Shown: positions 50,968-61,433 of the stretch, piece by piece
Layout: every line of letters starts with the position of its first letter
Position numbering within the stretch: the first letter of the stretch is position 1
Assembly: GCA_965198065.1 (NCBI GenBank)
Contig: CBDAON010000004.1
Coordinates: 1,568,001-1,632,000 of the forward strand
Source: Longimicrobiales bacterium
GTDB lineage: Bacteria; Gemmatimonadota; Gemmatimonadetes; Longimicrobiales; Gaopeijiaceae
Reading direction: 5' to 3'
DNA: 64,000 nucleotides
Notes under the pieces: model-generated
Databases searched by the model: none
The model's input: only the letters and a program-made list of their open reading frames with translations
What the model was told of the DNA's origin: nothing
Translations under genes and position numbers: made by a program

Positions 50968-52282
50968 GTGAGCCGGCCCCTCGATCTCGACGATCTGACG
51001 CCGCGCCAGGTGCGCGCCTTCCGGCGCTCCATCCTCCGCTTCTACGACGAGCGCGGGCGCGATCTGCCGTGGCGGGAGACCCAAGATCCGTATGCGATCC
51101 TCGTCTCGGAGGTGATGCTCCAACAGACGCGCGTCGAGACGGTGGTTCCGTACTACGAGAAGTGGATCGCGCGCTTCCCCAGCATCGGCGCACTGGCCGA
51201 AGCGGAGACGGACGAGGTGCTCAAGCTCTGGGAGGGGTTAGGGTACTACGCGCGTGCGCGGAACCTCCGTTACGAGCAGACTTGATGTTCGTCCAATAGT
51301 CGGGTACTACGCGCGTGCGCGGAACCTCCACCGAGCCGTGCGAGAGATCGAGGCCCGCTACGACGGCTGGATCCCCGGGGACCCTGACGAGCTCCGGGGC
51401 CTCCCGGGGATCGGCGCGTACACGGCTGGGGCGGTGGCCTCGATCGCGTTCGACGTGCCGGTCCCCGCGGTGGACGGGAACGTGCGTCGCGTCCTCGCCC
51501 GGTTGGCCGACGACCCGGCGCCTCCCCTGGCCCGGCTCGAACGCTGGGCGTCACGCCTCGTGGATCCGGACCGGCCCGGTGCGTTCAACCAGGATCTGAT
51601 GGAGCTTGGGTCGACGTTGTGCACGGCCCGCGCCCCCGTGTGTGGCAGCTGCCCGGCCGGCAGGTGGTGCCGAGCGCGCCAGTCGGGCACCGTCGAGATG
51701 CGGCCGCGTCGGAACCCCAAGCGCGGCGTCCCCACTCTGACAGAAGCCGTCGTGATCCTCGTCGACCTAGCTGACGGGGACTGGAGGATTCTGCTGAGGA
51801 AGCGACCGGAGCAAGGGCTCCTGGCCGGGCTGTGGGAGTTCCCGGGCCGACCCGTGGGGTCGAGGCGGAGCGCACGGGCCGAGGCGCTGACCTGGCGTGG
51901 GAGCTGGTGGGGGCGGAGCGGGGGCCGAAGAACGGAGTCTGGTCTGCGCCCGATGCCGGGGACGCGGTGGCCGGTCTGCTCTTCGGTCGCGAGGCCGTCG
52001 CGCTACCCCCTCTCGAACACGCCTTCTCTCATCGGCGAGTGCGGTATTTGCCGTTCCTTAGTCTCGGTGGATGGGGCTTGCCGCGACGAGGGGCCCGAGA
52101 GTGGTATGCCGAGAACCGGAGGGGGCGAGAGTGGGTCGGGGTCTGGACGACCGGTGGGGGGAGCGCCTCGGTGGATCCACCGAGGCGAGGAATCGGATCT
52201 CGCACTTCCCTCGGCTCAGCGAGAGCTACTCCGGCGTGCCTGGGACCAGCTTTCGGAGCTCGCCCGTAGAAGACGGACGTGA
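50968..52282 (+). pseudogene. mutY: A/G-specific adenine glycosylase disrupted by a 61-bp insertion and further frameshifts
   Basis: RDLPWR, VSEVMLQQT, GLGYYARARNL, LPGIGAYTA, VDGNVRRV, CxxxxxxCxxCxxxxxC, GLLAGLWEFP, HAFSH. Confidence 0.92.
51241..51329 (+). CRISPR. Single repeat-spacer-repeat unit (28+33+28 bp) inside mutY; candidate off-target type I-E spacer integration
   Basis: Exact repeats GGGTACTACGCGCGTGCGCGGAACCTCC at 51241-68 and 51302-29; insert GTTACGAGCAGACTTGATGTTCGTCCAATAGTC (15/33 GC); no cas genes in window. Confidence 0.6.
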
Positions 52283-52286
52283 CGGC

Positions 52287-53702
52287 TCAGCTCCCGTGCC
52301 GTGCCCTCACGTAGCCGCCGTCCGTTCGGGAGATCCGCCGCTCCGCGACGAGCGCCTCGAGCGCGAGCTCGCAGGCGGCAACGCGGACGCCGTCGCTGGC
52401 CTTGGCCGAAGCGAGTCCGGTGGCGACCACGAGCTGGAGCAGGCCGGTGACCTGCTCGAAGCCCTGAACGCACGCTCGAGCACCGGCGTCTGCCGAGATC
52501 TGGAGCGCTCCCCCGGACTCGAAGTAATCCACGATGTCCTCGACATCGGCGCCTCCGGCGCGCTCGTCGAAGGCGTCCCGCGCGGCGGCCGCAATAAGGT
52601 CCCGAGCGATCCGCGCCGATCCCTGTAGCTCGCCGTCGTACTCGAGCTCCATCTTCCCGGTGATCATCGGGAGCGCGGCGACCACGTCTCCGATCCGCGG
52701 GACCACGCAATCCTCCTGGAGCCGGAGGGCCCGCCGCTCCGCGCTGGAGACCGCTCCCTCGAGCACCGAGATCGGCAGCCGCTGGCTCACGCCGGAGCGC
52801 TGGTCTATGCGCTTGTCGCTCCGGGCGAGGAAAGCGATCCGCTCGATTAATTCCGAGAGGAAGTCCGGGATCTCAACCGGCACCCCGTCCCGCTCGACCC
52901 ACGCCTCCTGCTGAGTGATCGTTGTCCCGGTCTCGACGTCGTGCGGGTAGTGCGTTCGGATCTCCGAGCCGATCCGGTCCTTCAGAGGAGTGATGATCTT
53001 GCCCCGTGCCGTATAGTCCTCTGGGTTGGCTGTGAAGACCATCAGGACGTCTAGGGGGAGCCGGATGGGGAACCCCTTGATCTGGATGTCTCCCTCCTGG
53101 AGGATGTTGAACAGGCCGACCTGGATCTTCCCGGATAGGTCGGGGAGCTCGTTGATCGCGAAGATCCCCCGGTTCGCTCTTGGGAGGAGTCCGTAGTGGA
53201 TCGTTAGCTCGTCCGAGAGGAGGTGGCCTCCCCGGGCGGCCTTGATCGGGTCAACGTCTCCAATGAGGTCGGCCACCGTCACGTCGGGCGTGGCCAGCTT
53301 CTCCACGTAGCGGGCGTCGCGCTCAACCCACGCGATCGGTGCGTCGTCCCCAGCTTCCTCGAGGAGCAGCCTCCCCTCCCTGGAGATGGGGGAGAAGGGG
53401 TCGTCGTTGACCTCGCTTCCCTGGAGCACGGGGATCTCCGGGTCGAGGAAGCGCACGAGCTCCCGGAGGATCCGGCTCTTCGCCTGTCCGCGGAGGCCAA
53501 GGAGGACGAAGGCGTGCCGCGCGAGGAGCGCGTTCACGATCTGCGGGATGACCGTGTCGCCGTATCCGCGAATGCCGGGCAAGAGCTCTCCGCCTTCCCG
53601 GATCGTGCGGACCAGGTTTCCACGCACCTCGTCCCTGACGGGGCGGGACCGATACCCGGCTTCTCTTAGGGCTCCGAGGGTCGAGGGGCGACCCCTGGTC
53701 AC
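52287..53702 (-). CDS. MoxR/Mg-chelatase-like AAA+ ATPase
   Basis: GLRGQAKSR, FAINELPDL, FTANPEDYT; likely partner of the VWA protein. Confidence 0.85.
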   Translation of the reverse strand: MTRGRPSTLGALREAGYRSRPVRDEVRGNLVRTIREGGELLPGIRGYGDTVIPQIVNALLARHAFVLLGLRGQAKSRILRELVRFLDPEIPVLQGSEVNDDPFSPISREGRLLLEEAGDDAPIAWVERDARYVEKLATPDVTVADLIGDVDPIKAARGGHLLSDELTIHYGLLPRANRGIFAINELPDLSGKIQVGLFNILQEGDIQIKGFPIRLPLDVLMVFTANPEDYTARGKIITPLKDRIGSEIRTHYPHDVETGTTITQQEAWVERDGVPVEIPDFLSELIERIAFLARSDKRIDQRSGVSQRLPISVLEGAVSSAERRALRLQEDCVVPRIGDVVAALPMITGKMELEYDGELQGSARIARDLIAAAARDAFDERAGGADVEDIVDYFESGGALQISADAGARACVQGFEQVTGLLQLVVATGLASAKASDGVRVAACELALEALVAERRISRTDGGYVRARHGS

Positions 53703-55819
53703 TGGCACGTCACTGACTCCGCGCAGCTGTAAAGGGCTGCGTACACCCGGGCGTACTGCTGCACCCGCCTCACGTAGTTCCGGGTCTCCGGGAACGGGAT
53801 GTGTTCCAGGAAGACGTCCGGGTCCCGGTACGCCGCGATCTGCTGCCATTGCCTCGTTCGGCCGGGGCCCGCGTTGTAGGCCGATAGGACGGCTTCGGGA
53901 CGGGCGCCAAACCGGCTGGTCATCTGGGCCAGGTACGTGGTTCCGAGCCGGATGTTCGTCTCGGGGTCCGTGAGCACCTCGGGGGAATACACGATGCCGA
54001 GGGAGCCCGCGACCTCGCGAGCCGTGGGAGGCATGAGCTGCATGAGCCCCACGGCGCCCGACGAGCTCATGATGGGAGCGTGAAAGAGCGACTCCTGACG
54101 GATGACTCCCGCCACGAAATGGGGATCGAGCCCCCGAGCCTGGGCTTCGCGCGCCACGGCATCCCGGTACGGGAACGGATAGACGATGCGAAGGAGGCGG
54201 AGGTTCCACTCTCCCTCCCGGCGAAACAGCTCCCAACCCAGCGCGATCCCTTCGAGAGGGAACCCGTCATGGATTAGCGCCTCCGCAAAGTCGTAGCCGC
54301 CGTCGCCCCGGGCGTGGAAGTGCGCCGAGAGCCTGTCCACCTCGAAGTCCACGGTTCCCGGGATGTCTAGGATGCGGAGGACCTTCAGGCGAAGGAGGGC
54401 GTTTCTGAGCTCGAGCTCCAGGCCCGGCACCGGGTCAGGCCCCTCCCCCAGGTCGGCAGGGATTACAGGGATGGCGAGCCGCTCCCCCGCTCGGAGCCCG
54501 TAGTAGGAGAACGGATCTTCCGCGTGCGTCTCGGCCCAGACCGTCTCGGCGGCGGGTGTGTCCCCCGCTCGCTCCCGAACGAGGGCCGTCCAGTAAGCGG
54601 CCTGCTGCCGCGCCGCCGTGCCACGGCCTGCGCCCCGGTAGCGCTCGAAGACGCTGGCGGCGGCCTCGTACTCCCCCGCCAGGTAGGAATCGGCGCCGAG
54701 CTGGGTCACGAGGCTCTCGGCGGAGACTCCCGTCACGCTAACGGAAAGCAGATCGTCCAGAAGCGCGCGAGCCCGGGGTCCGAAGCCGGTCGACCGCTCT
54801 CGCTCGAGGAGGAGGGTCAGGCCGTCGGCGGCGAGCGACGACCCCGGATCCACCTCACCGATTCGGCGGAACGCGGTCCTGGCTTCGTCCATGGCCCCGC
54901 GGGCCATGGCGGAGCGTCCCGTCCAGAACAGCGCCGCCGGCGTGTAGTCGGACGGGGGATCCGCGCTGGCGAGGGGGGCCAGCACTCGGGTGGCCTCCGC
55001 GTATCGGCGGATCTCGGCGAGCCCCCGGCCCAGGGCGGCCAGGACCTCGTCCCCCTCGGAGGACGCGAACCGGTCACCCGACAGGTGAGACGCGAGCCGT
55101 CGAACGGCCTCCTCCCACTCTCCCGCGGCGAGGAGGGCCCGGCCGAGCGCGAGATTCCGTTCTTCGTCCAACTCACCCTCGATCTCGTCGAGCAGCGCCG
55201 CTGCGTCCCGGGCCCCGCTGTAGCGGTCACCGAGGGCCAGAGCCTCCCACAAATCCTCCCTGGTCTGCGCGGTGTCTCCGGCCGCAAGGGACAGCTGTCC
55301 CGCCTGGAGCCACAGGCGCGCCTGGACCGAGGCCTCGGGGCCGGCCCGCACACCGTCCACGGCGACCTCGCGGGCCCCGTCCAGGTCCTCCGCTCGCTCG
55401 TGGGCGTCGATCAGGATCCGCCGGCCCCAGCGGGAGTCGAGATCCGGCACGGGCGCGAGGTCGCCCAGGGCCTGCCGCGTGCCCGCGGGATCCGCGGCCC
55501 GCGAGTGGACCTCCGCCCGGAGGAGTGGGCTCCAGTCCTCGATAGGGGCGAGATCCTCCAGGATGGAGGCGGCCAGTGCGGCGCGCTCCGGCGCCTCGCC
55601 CTCCCTGACGTCTTCGACGGCCTCCTCGAGCTGCTCGAGGAGCGCGGTCTCGGCCCCGGCGTCGAGGGCCGGGCGGGAGAGATAGTACGGGAGCGGATCC
55701 TGCTCGCCGACCTCGTCCGCCAGGGCCTCGACGGCGCCGCGGTCGATCGGGGCCGTGCATGACGCCTGGAGGAGGAGGACGAGCCCCGACCAGGCCGGGA
55801 TCCTCGACCAGATCCTCAT
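53699..55819 (-). CDS. Lytic transglycosylase (SLT) with TPR-like region
   Basis: IRQES, GAVGLMQLMP, AYNAGP, IPFPETRNYV. Confidence 0.9.
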   Translation of the reverse strand: MRIWSRIPAWSGLVLLLQASCTAPIDRGAVEALADEVGEQDPLPYYLSRPALDAGAETALLEQLEEAVEDVREGEAPERAALAASILEDLAPIEDWSPLLRAEVHSRAADPAGTRQALGDLAPVPDLDSRWGRRILIDAHERAEDLDGAREVAVDGVRAGPEASVQARLWLQAGQLSLAAGDTAQTREDLWEALALGDRYSGARDAAALLDEIEGELDEERNLALGRALLAAGEWEEAVRRLASHLSGDRFASSEGDEVLAALGRGLAEIRRYAEATRVLAPLASADPPSDYTPAALFWTGRSAMARGAMDEARTAFRRIGEVDPGSSLAADGLTLLLERERSTGFGPRARALLDDLLSVSVTGVSAESLVTQLGADSYLAGEYEAAASVFERYRGAGRGTAARQQAAYWTALVRERAGDTPAAETVWAETHAEDPFSYYGLRAGERLAIPVIPADLGEGPDPVPGLELELRNALLRLKVLRILDIPGTVDFEVDRLSAHFHARGDGGYDFAEALIHDGFPLEGIALGWELFRREGEWNLRLLRIVYPFPYRDAVAREAQARGLDPHFVAGVIRQESLFHAPIMSSSGAVGLMQLMPPTAREVAGSLGIVYSPEVLTDPETNIRLGTTYLAQMTSRFGARPEAVLSAYNAGPGRTRQWQQIAAYRDPDVFLEHIPFPETRNYVRRVQQYARVYAALYSCAESVTCQ

Positions 55820-57015
55820 GATTCCATCAGGCCCACGCGGTCGAGCCGCCGGGTGATGTCCGTGCCCGAGATGATCCCAAGAACCTCGCGCTCGTGGGCG
55901 ACGAGCGCGCGGTGGGTCTCCGATTCGCGCATGCGCTCCAGCACCGTCGTCATGGGCGTCTCCGGCCCGACCACGAGGGTCTCGTCCAGCGGTGCCATGA
56001 CGTCCGCCACCGTCTTCGTCTGCCAGTCCTCGCGCGGAACCTGCTTTACCCGGCCGAGAGTGATAAGCCCGACCAGGAGGCCGCCGCTCGCGACCGGGAA
56101 CGAGTTGTACGGCCGGCGCAGAAAGTACTCGTGGACCAGGGCGTCGAGCGATAGGTCGGGGGAAACCGTCTCCGGCTCGGGAGACATCGCCTCCCTCGCG
56201 GTGAGGGGCCGTAGGAGCTCCTGGAGGAGCACCTGCTGATAGCTGGCTCGAGCCGCGTTAGAGAGGAACCAGCCGATGAAGACGAGCCACAGCCCACCGA
56301 TGTAACCGCCCGCCACGACAAAGGCGTAGATCCCCAGCGCGATGATCCCCCACCCCAGAAGCCTTCCGGCCCCCGTCGCTATCCTGGTCGCCCGCCGAAG
56401 GGAGCCGGTCGTCTTCCAGAGCGTGGCCCGAAGGAGCCGACCGCCGTCCAGCGGGAACCCGGGCAGCAGATTGAAGACCGCGAGCGTGACATTAAGGAAA
56501 CCGAGGTATTCCGCTACGACCGCGGTGGCCAGCCCGAACCCCAGAGCCCCGGAGCCGGCCGCCGCGCCGTAGAACAGGGCCGCGAGGGCGAAGGAGGCCA
56601 GCGGCCCGACGCCGGCAATCACGAACTCGTCTCCGGGGGACGATGCCTCGCTCGCCGTCCGGGCCATGCCGCCGAAGATGAAGAGCGTGATGCCCTCCAC
56701 CTCAATTCCCTTCGCGCGCGCCACGAACGAGTGGGCAAGCTCGTGGAGCAGGAGCGACGTGAAGAAGAGGAGCGTCCCCGTCACCCCCATCACCAGATAC
56801 GCGACGCGGCTGAGACCCGGCACCCCCCCCGGGAACACGGCGCCCGTGAAGGTGGCCAGGATCACGAAGAAGATGATGAACCACGAATAGTCGAGAGAGA
56901 TCTCGAATCCACGTACGGACCCCAGTCGGAGCGCCCCGCGACCGCTCGCGTGCCGCGATCCGACCGCCGCGGCCGAGAGGCCTGGGGGACCAGTCGTCTC
57001 GGCGGAAGGAGCCAT
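55816..57015 (-). CDS. Site-2 protease (M50) with CBS pair
   Basis: HELAH, FNLLPGFPLDGGR, two CBS domains. Confidence 0.92.
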   Translation of the reverse strand: MAPSAETTGPPGLSAAAVGSRHASGRGALRLGSVRGFEISLDYSWFIIFFVILATFTGAVFPGGVPGLSRVAYLVMGVTGTLLFFTSLLLHELAHSFVARAKGIEVEGITLFIFGGMARTASEASSPGDEFVIAGVGPLASFALAALFYGAAAGSGALGFGLATAVVAEYLGFLNVTLAVFNLLPGFPLDGGRLLRATLWKTTGSLRRATRIATGAGRLLGWGIIALGIYAFVVAGGYIGGLWLVFIGWFLSNAARASYQQVLLQELLRPLTAREAMSPEPETVSPDLSLDALVHEYFLRRPYNSFPVASGGLLVGLITLGRVKQVPREDWQTKTVADVMAPLDETLVVGPETPMTTVLERMRESETHRALVAHEREVLGIISGTDITRRLDRVGLMES

Positions 57016-57207
57016 GTGTGGACGCTCTCGAAGGCTACGACGCACGCTCATCAGCGGTTTCCCGGGTCATTTTGACAGAACCCCCGCCGGAGAGGCACGT
57101 TCCGAGGGCGCAGATCGTGGCAGGGTTCGTGCCGTGTCAAGCACCGCTTCCGGGTCGTCCGTCCCTGAAGCGCGTGGTGGTACGAGAACCAGAGGGGCTG
57201 ACCCGAG

Positions 57208-59859
57208 ATGGCCGAGCGATTCAAACTCCCCGTCCTTCCTCTGAGGGACACGGTCGTATACCCCGGCGTAGCCGTGCCGATCTCGGCCGGCCGGCCCGGG
57301 ACCGTGGAAGCCGTGCAAAAAGCGCTCGAAGGGGATCGCCGACTCTTCGCGGTCGCGCAGAAGGAGAATGCCGAGGACGCCACCGCCGAAGTCCTGTACT
57401 CCGTGGGCGTCGTCGTGCGAGTCATCCAGGCCCATCGGGTCCGGGGAGGCCTCCAGCTTCTGGTTCTGGGAGACCAGCGGGCCGAGGCCATCCATTACGA
57501 GTCGGCTGGGACGAACACGCTCCACGCTACGCTCATCGGCTTGAACCGCTTCCCGCCCCGGAGCCTGGAGGACCCCCCCTTCCAGGCGTTGGACAAGGAG
57601 CTGCGCGACCGCTCCGCGGAGCTGGGGACGCGGCGGGGCCTACCGGCGGAGGCGCTGAACCAGCTGATCCAGGGCGTGGACGACCCCGGGTCGTTCGCGG
57701 ACCTCGTGGCCTTCTATCTCGATCTCCCCGCAGCCGACAAGCAGAAGCTCCTCGAGGTGCTGGACGACGAGGAGCGCATGCGGCGCGCGCTCGTCGGCGT
57801 TGAGCGGGAGCTGGCCCGGATCGAGGCGCAGGAGGAGATCCAGGCGCGGGTCCAAGAGGAGCTGGGAGAGCGCCAGCGGGAGATGCTCCTGCGCGAGCAG
57901 ATGAAGCAGATTCAACGCGAGCTCGGTGACGAGGACGAGAAGCAGGAAGTCGAGGAGTTGGGGGCGAGGATCGAGGCCCTCGACCTCGACGAGGATGCAC
58001 GGGTGGAGGTGGAGCGCGAGCTCCGGCGCCTCGAGCGGACGACGCCACAGTCGGCCGAGTACCAGGTGATCCGCACGTTCCTCGAATGGGTGACCGAGTT
58101 GCCGTGGAACCAGCGGACCGAGGACAAGATCGACCTCGACATCGCGCAGGAGATCCTTCACGAGGACCATTACGGGCTGGAGGACGTGAAGGACCGGGTC
58201 CTTGAGTTCTTGGCCGTCCGGAAGCTCCAGATGGAGCGGAGCCCCAAGCCGGCTCCGGACGAGGGTGCGAACGGCGGTGCGGAGACCCTGCCGGTGGACG
58301 AGGTGCTCGAGCCGGCGGGCGCCGGCGCTGTAGGCCGCAGGGTCGGGAACGGCCAGGCCGAAGGTGATCAGGCCGGAAACGGGAAGGCGGGGACCCCCTC
58401 GGAGGGAGAACCACTGGTGACACCGGAGTCGCCGGCGGAGCCGGCCGGCCCCGAGCGACCCGCAGAACGGACGGGCCAACCGACCGGGGAGCTCGTGGGG
58501 AAGGGACCGATCCTCCTGTTCACGGGTCCGCCGGGAGTCGGTAAGACGTCTATCGCCCAGTCCATCGCGAGAGCGCTCGGGCGGAAATACGTGAGGATCT
58601 CCCTCGGCGGAGCGCGGGACGAGGCCGACATACGCGGCCATCGCCGCACTTACGTGGGCGCCATGCCCGGGCGGATCCTTCAGGGGATTAGGCAGGCCAA
58701 ATCCAAGAACCCCGTGTTCCTCCTGGACGAGGTGGACAAGCTGGGGATCTCCTTCCAGGGCGATCCGTCCGCGGCGCTGCTCGAGGTCCTGGACCCCGCC
58801 CAGAACTCCTCGTTCACGGACCACTACCTGGGGATCCCGTTCGACCTCTCCGAGGTGTTGTTCATCGCCACGGCGAATTACGTGGACCGGATTCCGGGGC
58901 CGCTCCTCGACCGGATGGAGCGGGTGGACTTCTCGGGATACACCGAGCAGGAGAAGCTGGAGATCGCGAAGCGCTACCTCCTACCCCGCCAGAGGGACGA
59001 GGCGGGGCTGAAGGAGGAGGAGCTCGCGATGACGGACGAGTCGATTGCGGCCCTCACGTCGCAGTACACGCGGGAAGCAGGAGTCCGGCAGCTGGAGCGG
59101 GCGCTGGGCAAGGTTGCCCGGAAGGTGGCTCGGCGGATCGCGGCCGGTGAAGCGGACGAGTTCGTGGTCACGCCGGCGCAGATCCGCGAGCTCCTCGGCC
59201 GCCCGAGGGTGCACCCCGAGAAGATGCGGACGGAGGACGCGGCGGGCGTCGCGACCGGGATGTTCTATACGCCCATGGGGGGCGACATCATGTTCGTGGA
59301 AGCCAGCGTGATGCCTGGTGAAGGGGGGCTGGTGCTCACCGGGCAGCTGGGCGACGTCATGAAGGAGTCCGGACGCGCGGCCTGGAGCTTCGCGAAGAGC
59401 CATTGGCGGGAGTATGGAATCCCCGAGAAGTACCTGAAGGGGACGGAGGTCCACATCCACGTGCCCATGGGAGCCATCCCCAAGGACGGACCATCGGCGG
59501 GGATCACGATGGCGACGGGGCTCGTTTCCGCCTTGTCGGGAGAGAAGGTCCGGAGGGACGTGGCGATGACGGGCGAGCTGACCCTGACCGGGCGCGTGCT
59601 TCCAATCGGTGGAGTGAAGGAGAAGGTGCTCGGTGCAGTACGGGCGGGGATCCACGAGATCGTCCTGCCGGCCGAGAACGAGGCGGCCCTGGAAGATATT
59701 CCCGAGTGGGTCAGGGAGACGCTTACCATCCACTTGGTGCACCATCTGGACGACGTGCTCCAGGTGGCGCTCGGCCCCGCATTCGTGCGGCCCGTCGAGA
59801 CCGTGCCGCCGGTCCCAGGTCCGAAGCGGCGGAAGAGGACGCGGACCGAGGTGGGGTGA
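57208..59859 (+). CDS. lon: ATP-dependent protease La
   Basis: LPLRD, DHYGL..VKDR, GPPGVGKTS, KDGPSAG, IGGVKEK. Confidence 0.96.
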   Translation: MAERFKLPVLPLRDTVVYPGVAVPISAGRPGTVEAVQKALEGDRRLFAVAQKENAEDATAEVLYSVGVVVRVIQAHRVRGGLQLLVLGDQRAEAIHYESAGTNTLHATLIGLNRFPPRSLEDPPFQALDKELRDRSAELGTRRGLPAEALNQLIQGVDDPGSFADLVAFYLDLPAADKQKLLEVLDDEERMRRALVGVERELARIEAQEEIQARVQEELGERQREMLLREQMKQIQRELGDEDEKQEVEELGARIEALDLDEDARVEVERELRRLERTTPQSAEYQVIRTFLEWVTELPWNQRTEDKIDLDIAQEILHEDHYGLEDVKDRVLEFLAVRKLQMERSPKPAPDEGANGGAETLPVDEVLEPAGAGAVGRRVGNGQAEGDQAGNGKAGTPSEGEPLVTPESPAEPAGPERPAERTGQPTGELVGKGPILLFTGPPGVGKTSIAQSIARALGRKYVRISLGGARDEADIRGHRRTYVGAMPGRILQGIRQAKSKNPVFLLDEVDKLGISFQGDPSAALLEVLDPAQNSSFTDHYLGIPFDLSEVLFIATANYVDRIPGPLLDRMERVDFSGYTEQEKLEIAKRYLLPRQRDEAGLKEEELAMTDESIAALTSQYTREAGVRQLERALGKVARKVARRIAAGEADEFVVTPAQIRELLGRPRVHPEKMRTEDAAGVATGMFYTPMGGDIMFVEASVMPGEGGLVLTGQLGDVMKESGRAAWSFAKSHWREYGIPEKYLKGTEVHIHVPMGAIPKDGPSAGITMATGLVSALSGEKVRRDVAMTGELTLTGRVLPIGGVKEKVLGAVRAGIHEIVLPAENEAALEDIPEWVRETLTIHLVHHLDDVLQVALGPAFVRPVETVPPVPGPKRRKRTRTEVG

Positions 59860-59860
59860 C

Positions 59861-60325
59861 TCAGCCCCGCGAGAGCTCGAGGATGGCCTCGAGCTCGGCC
59901 TTCCTCACGGGCTGCACCGAGAGCCGGCTCTGCTTCACGAGCACCATTTCCCGGAGGGCCGGCTTCTCCTTTATCTCTGCGAGCGAGACGATCCGGGGAA
60001 GCTTCTCGACGAAGCCGACGTCCACCAGCCACCACCTGGGCTCGTCCCTCGTGGCTCTCTCGTCGTAATAGCGGCTCTTCGCGTCGAACTGCAGGGGATC
60101 CGGGTACGCCTGGCTCGCGACGCGCGCCACCCCGACGACGCCGCTCGGATCGGCGTTCGAGTGATAGAAGAGGATGGGGTCCCCTACCCTCATCTCGTCC
60201 CGCATGTAGTTACGCGCCTTGTAGTTCCGGACGCCGGTCCAGGGTGTGCGCCGGTCCCTTGCCAGGTCGTCGATCGAGTAATCCCCGGGCTCGCTCTTCG
60301 TCAGCCATCCCCCAGCCTGAGGCAT
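59861..60325 (-). CDS. EVE domain protein
   Basis: WLTKSEP, WTGVRNYKARN, FYHSN, RLSVQPV. Confidence 0.92.
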   Translation of the reverse strand: MPQAGGWLTKSEPGDYSIDDLARDRRTPWTGVRNYKARNYMRDEMRVGDPILFYHSNADPSGVVGVARVASQAYPDPLQFDAKSRYYDERATRDEPRWWLVDVGFVEKLPRIVSLAEIKEKPALREMVLVKQSRLSVQPVRKAELEAILELSRG

Positions 60326-60512
60326 CGGCCCTCCCCCCTGACAGGTCGCCGTCGGTGACCCCACAAACGTGGCGTGCGCGCTTGCCTCCGTCTACCGAGC
60401 CGGCAAGCTTGCCACTCCACCGGTTCGCCGAACGCCCGAGATTTTCTGAATCGGACCGCCTTCATCCGACCCAGGGTATGACCACTTCCCGCCTACGATC
60501 CCCCGCCGACGA

Positions 60513-61433
60513 ATGCTGAGAACGGTCCCCTTCCTGACAGCAGTTCTGCTCACGCTGCCCAGCCCCGGGGCCGCGCAGGAGGCCTGCGCGGACGGGATGA
60601 TCGGCGCCGTGGAGATCCGTAACCACTCCATCTTCAGCCCGGAGTCGCTCCCCCCGGAGGATGGGCTCGCCTGGACGTACCGGCTCGCGAGTGCGCTCCA
60701 CATCCGCACGACCGCGGCGTTCATAGAGGGTGCCCTCCTCTTCCGGGAGGGCGATTGCCTGGATCCGGTCGCCCTGAGCGAGAGCGTTCGGGTGCTTCGC
60801 GAGTACCGTTTCATCGCGAGCGCCGATGTGTCCGCCGTCGAAGGAGCGGGCGGTGCTCCCCGCGTGGTCGTGGAGACGAGGGACGAGTGGACCACTCGGG
60901 TCAGAGCCCTGCTGAGGATCGAAGAGGGAGTCCGCTTCGAGGGGGTGTCGCTCTTCGAGGAGAACCTGCTGGGACAGGGTGTCACGGTCGGAGTCTTTCA
61001 CGTCGATCGTGACGAGCGGCGCGACACCGGTTTTGCCATCGAGTCTCCGAGAATCGCGGGGACGTCGTTGGACGCCCTCCTCCGCGTCAGTCGAACCCGC
61101 AGAGGGGATGCCGTCGAGCAGGGGCTATTCGTTCCCTTCCACGGGGAGCGCACCGGGCCGGCCTTTCGGGAGTGGTCCTACCGGCGCAGGGATCTCCTCT
61201 CGTATGTGCTCCCGGAGGACGACGAGTTCTCGCACGTGGTCCTGCCGCTCGAGATCGAGCGAATCGAGCTCTCGTCGGCCCTTCGCCTCGGGACTCCGGG
61301 CCGTCTCTACGTAGCGGGCGGCGGGATCTCATTCGAGCGGATCGACGTCGGAGGAGCGGACTCGGCCGAGGGGGTACGGAGCGGAATGCGGATCGGGTAC
61401 GACGGGGTGGCGCGTGAGGGAGGGGGCTGGTGA
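60513..61433 (+). pseudogene. POTRA/Omp85-like surface protein, apparently 3'-truncated
   Basis: Signal peptide, LHIRT..LLFREGD..ESVRVLR, VETRDEWT, EENLLGQG; ends well before a complete barrel. Confidence 0.5.

Noticed and set aside
51241..51329. A functional canonical CRISPR array, or an IS footprint
   Set aside because: Only one spacer, with no leader or cas genes in the window; 28 bp is too long for a typical IS target duplication and the insert lacks terminal inverted repeats. Kept only as an off-target integration candidate.
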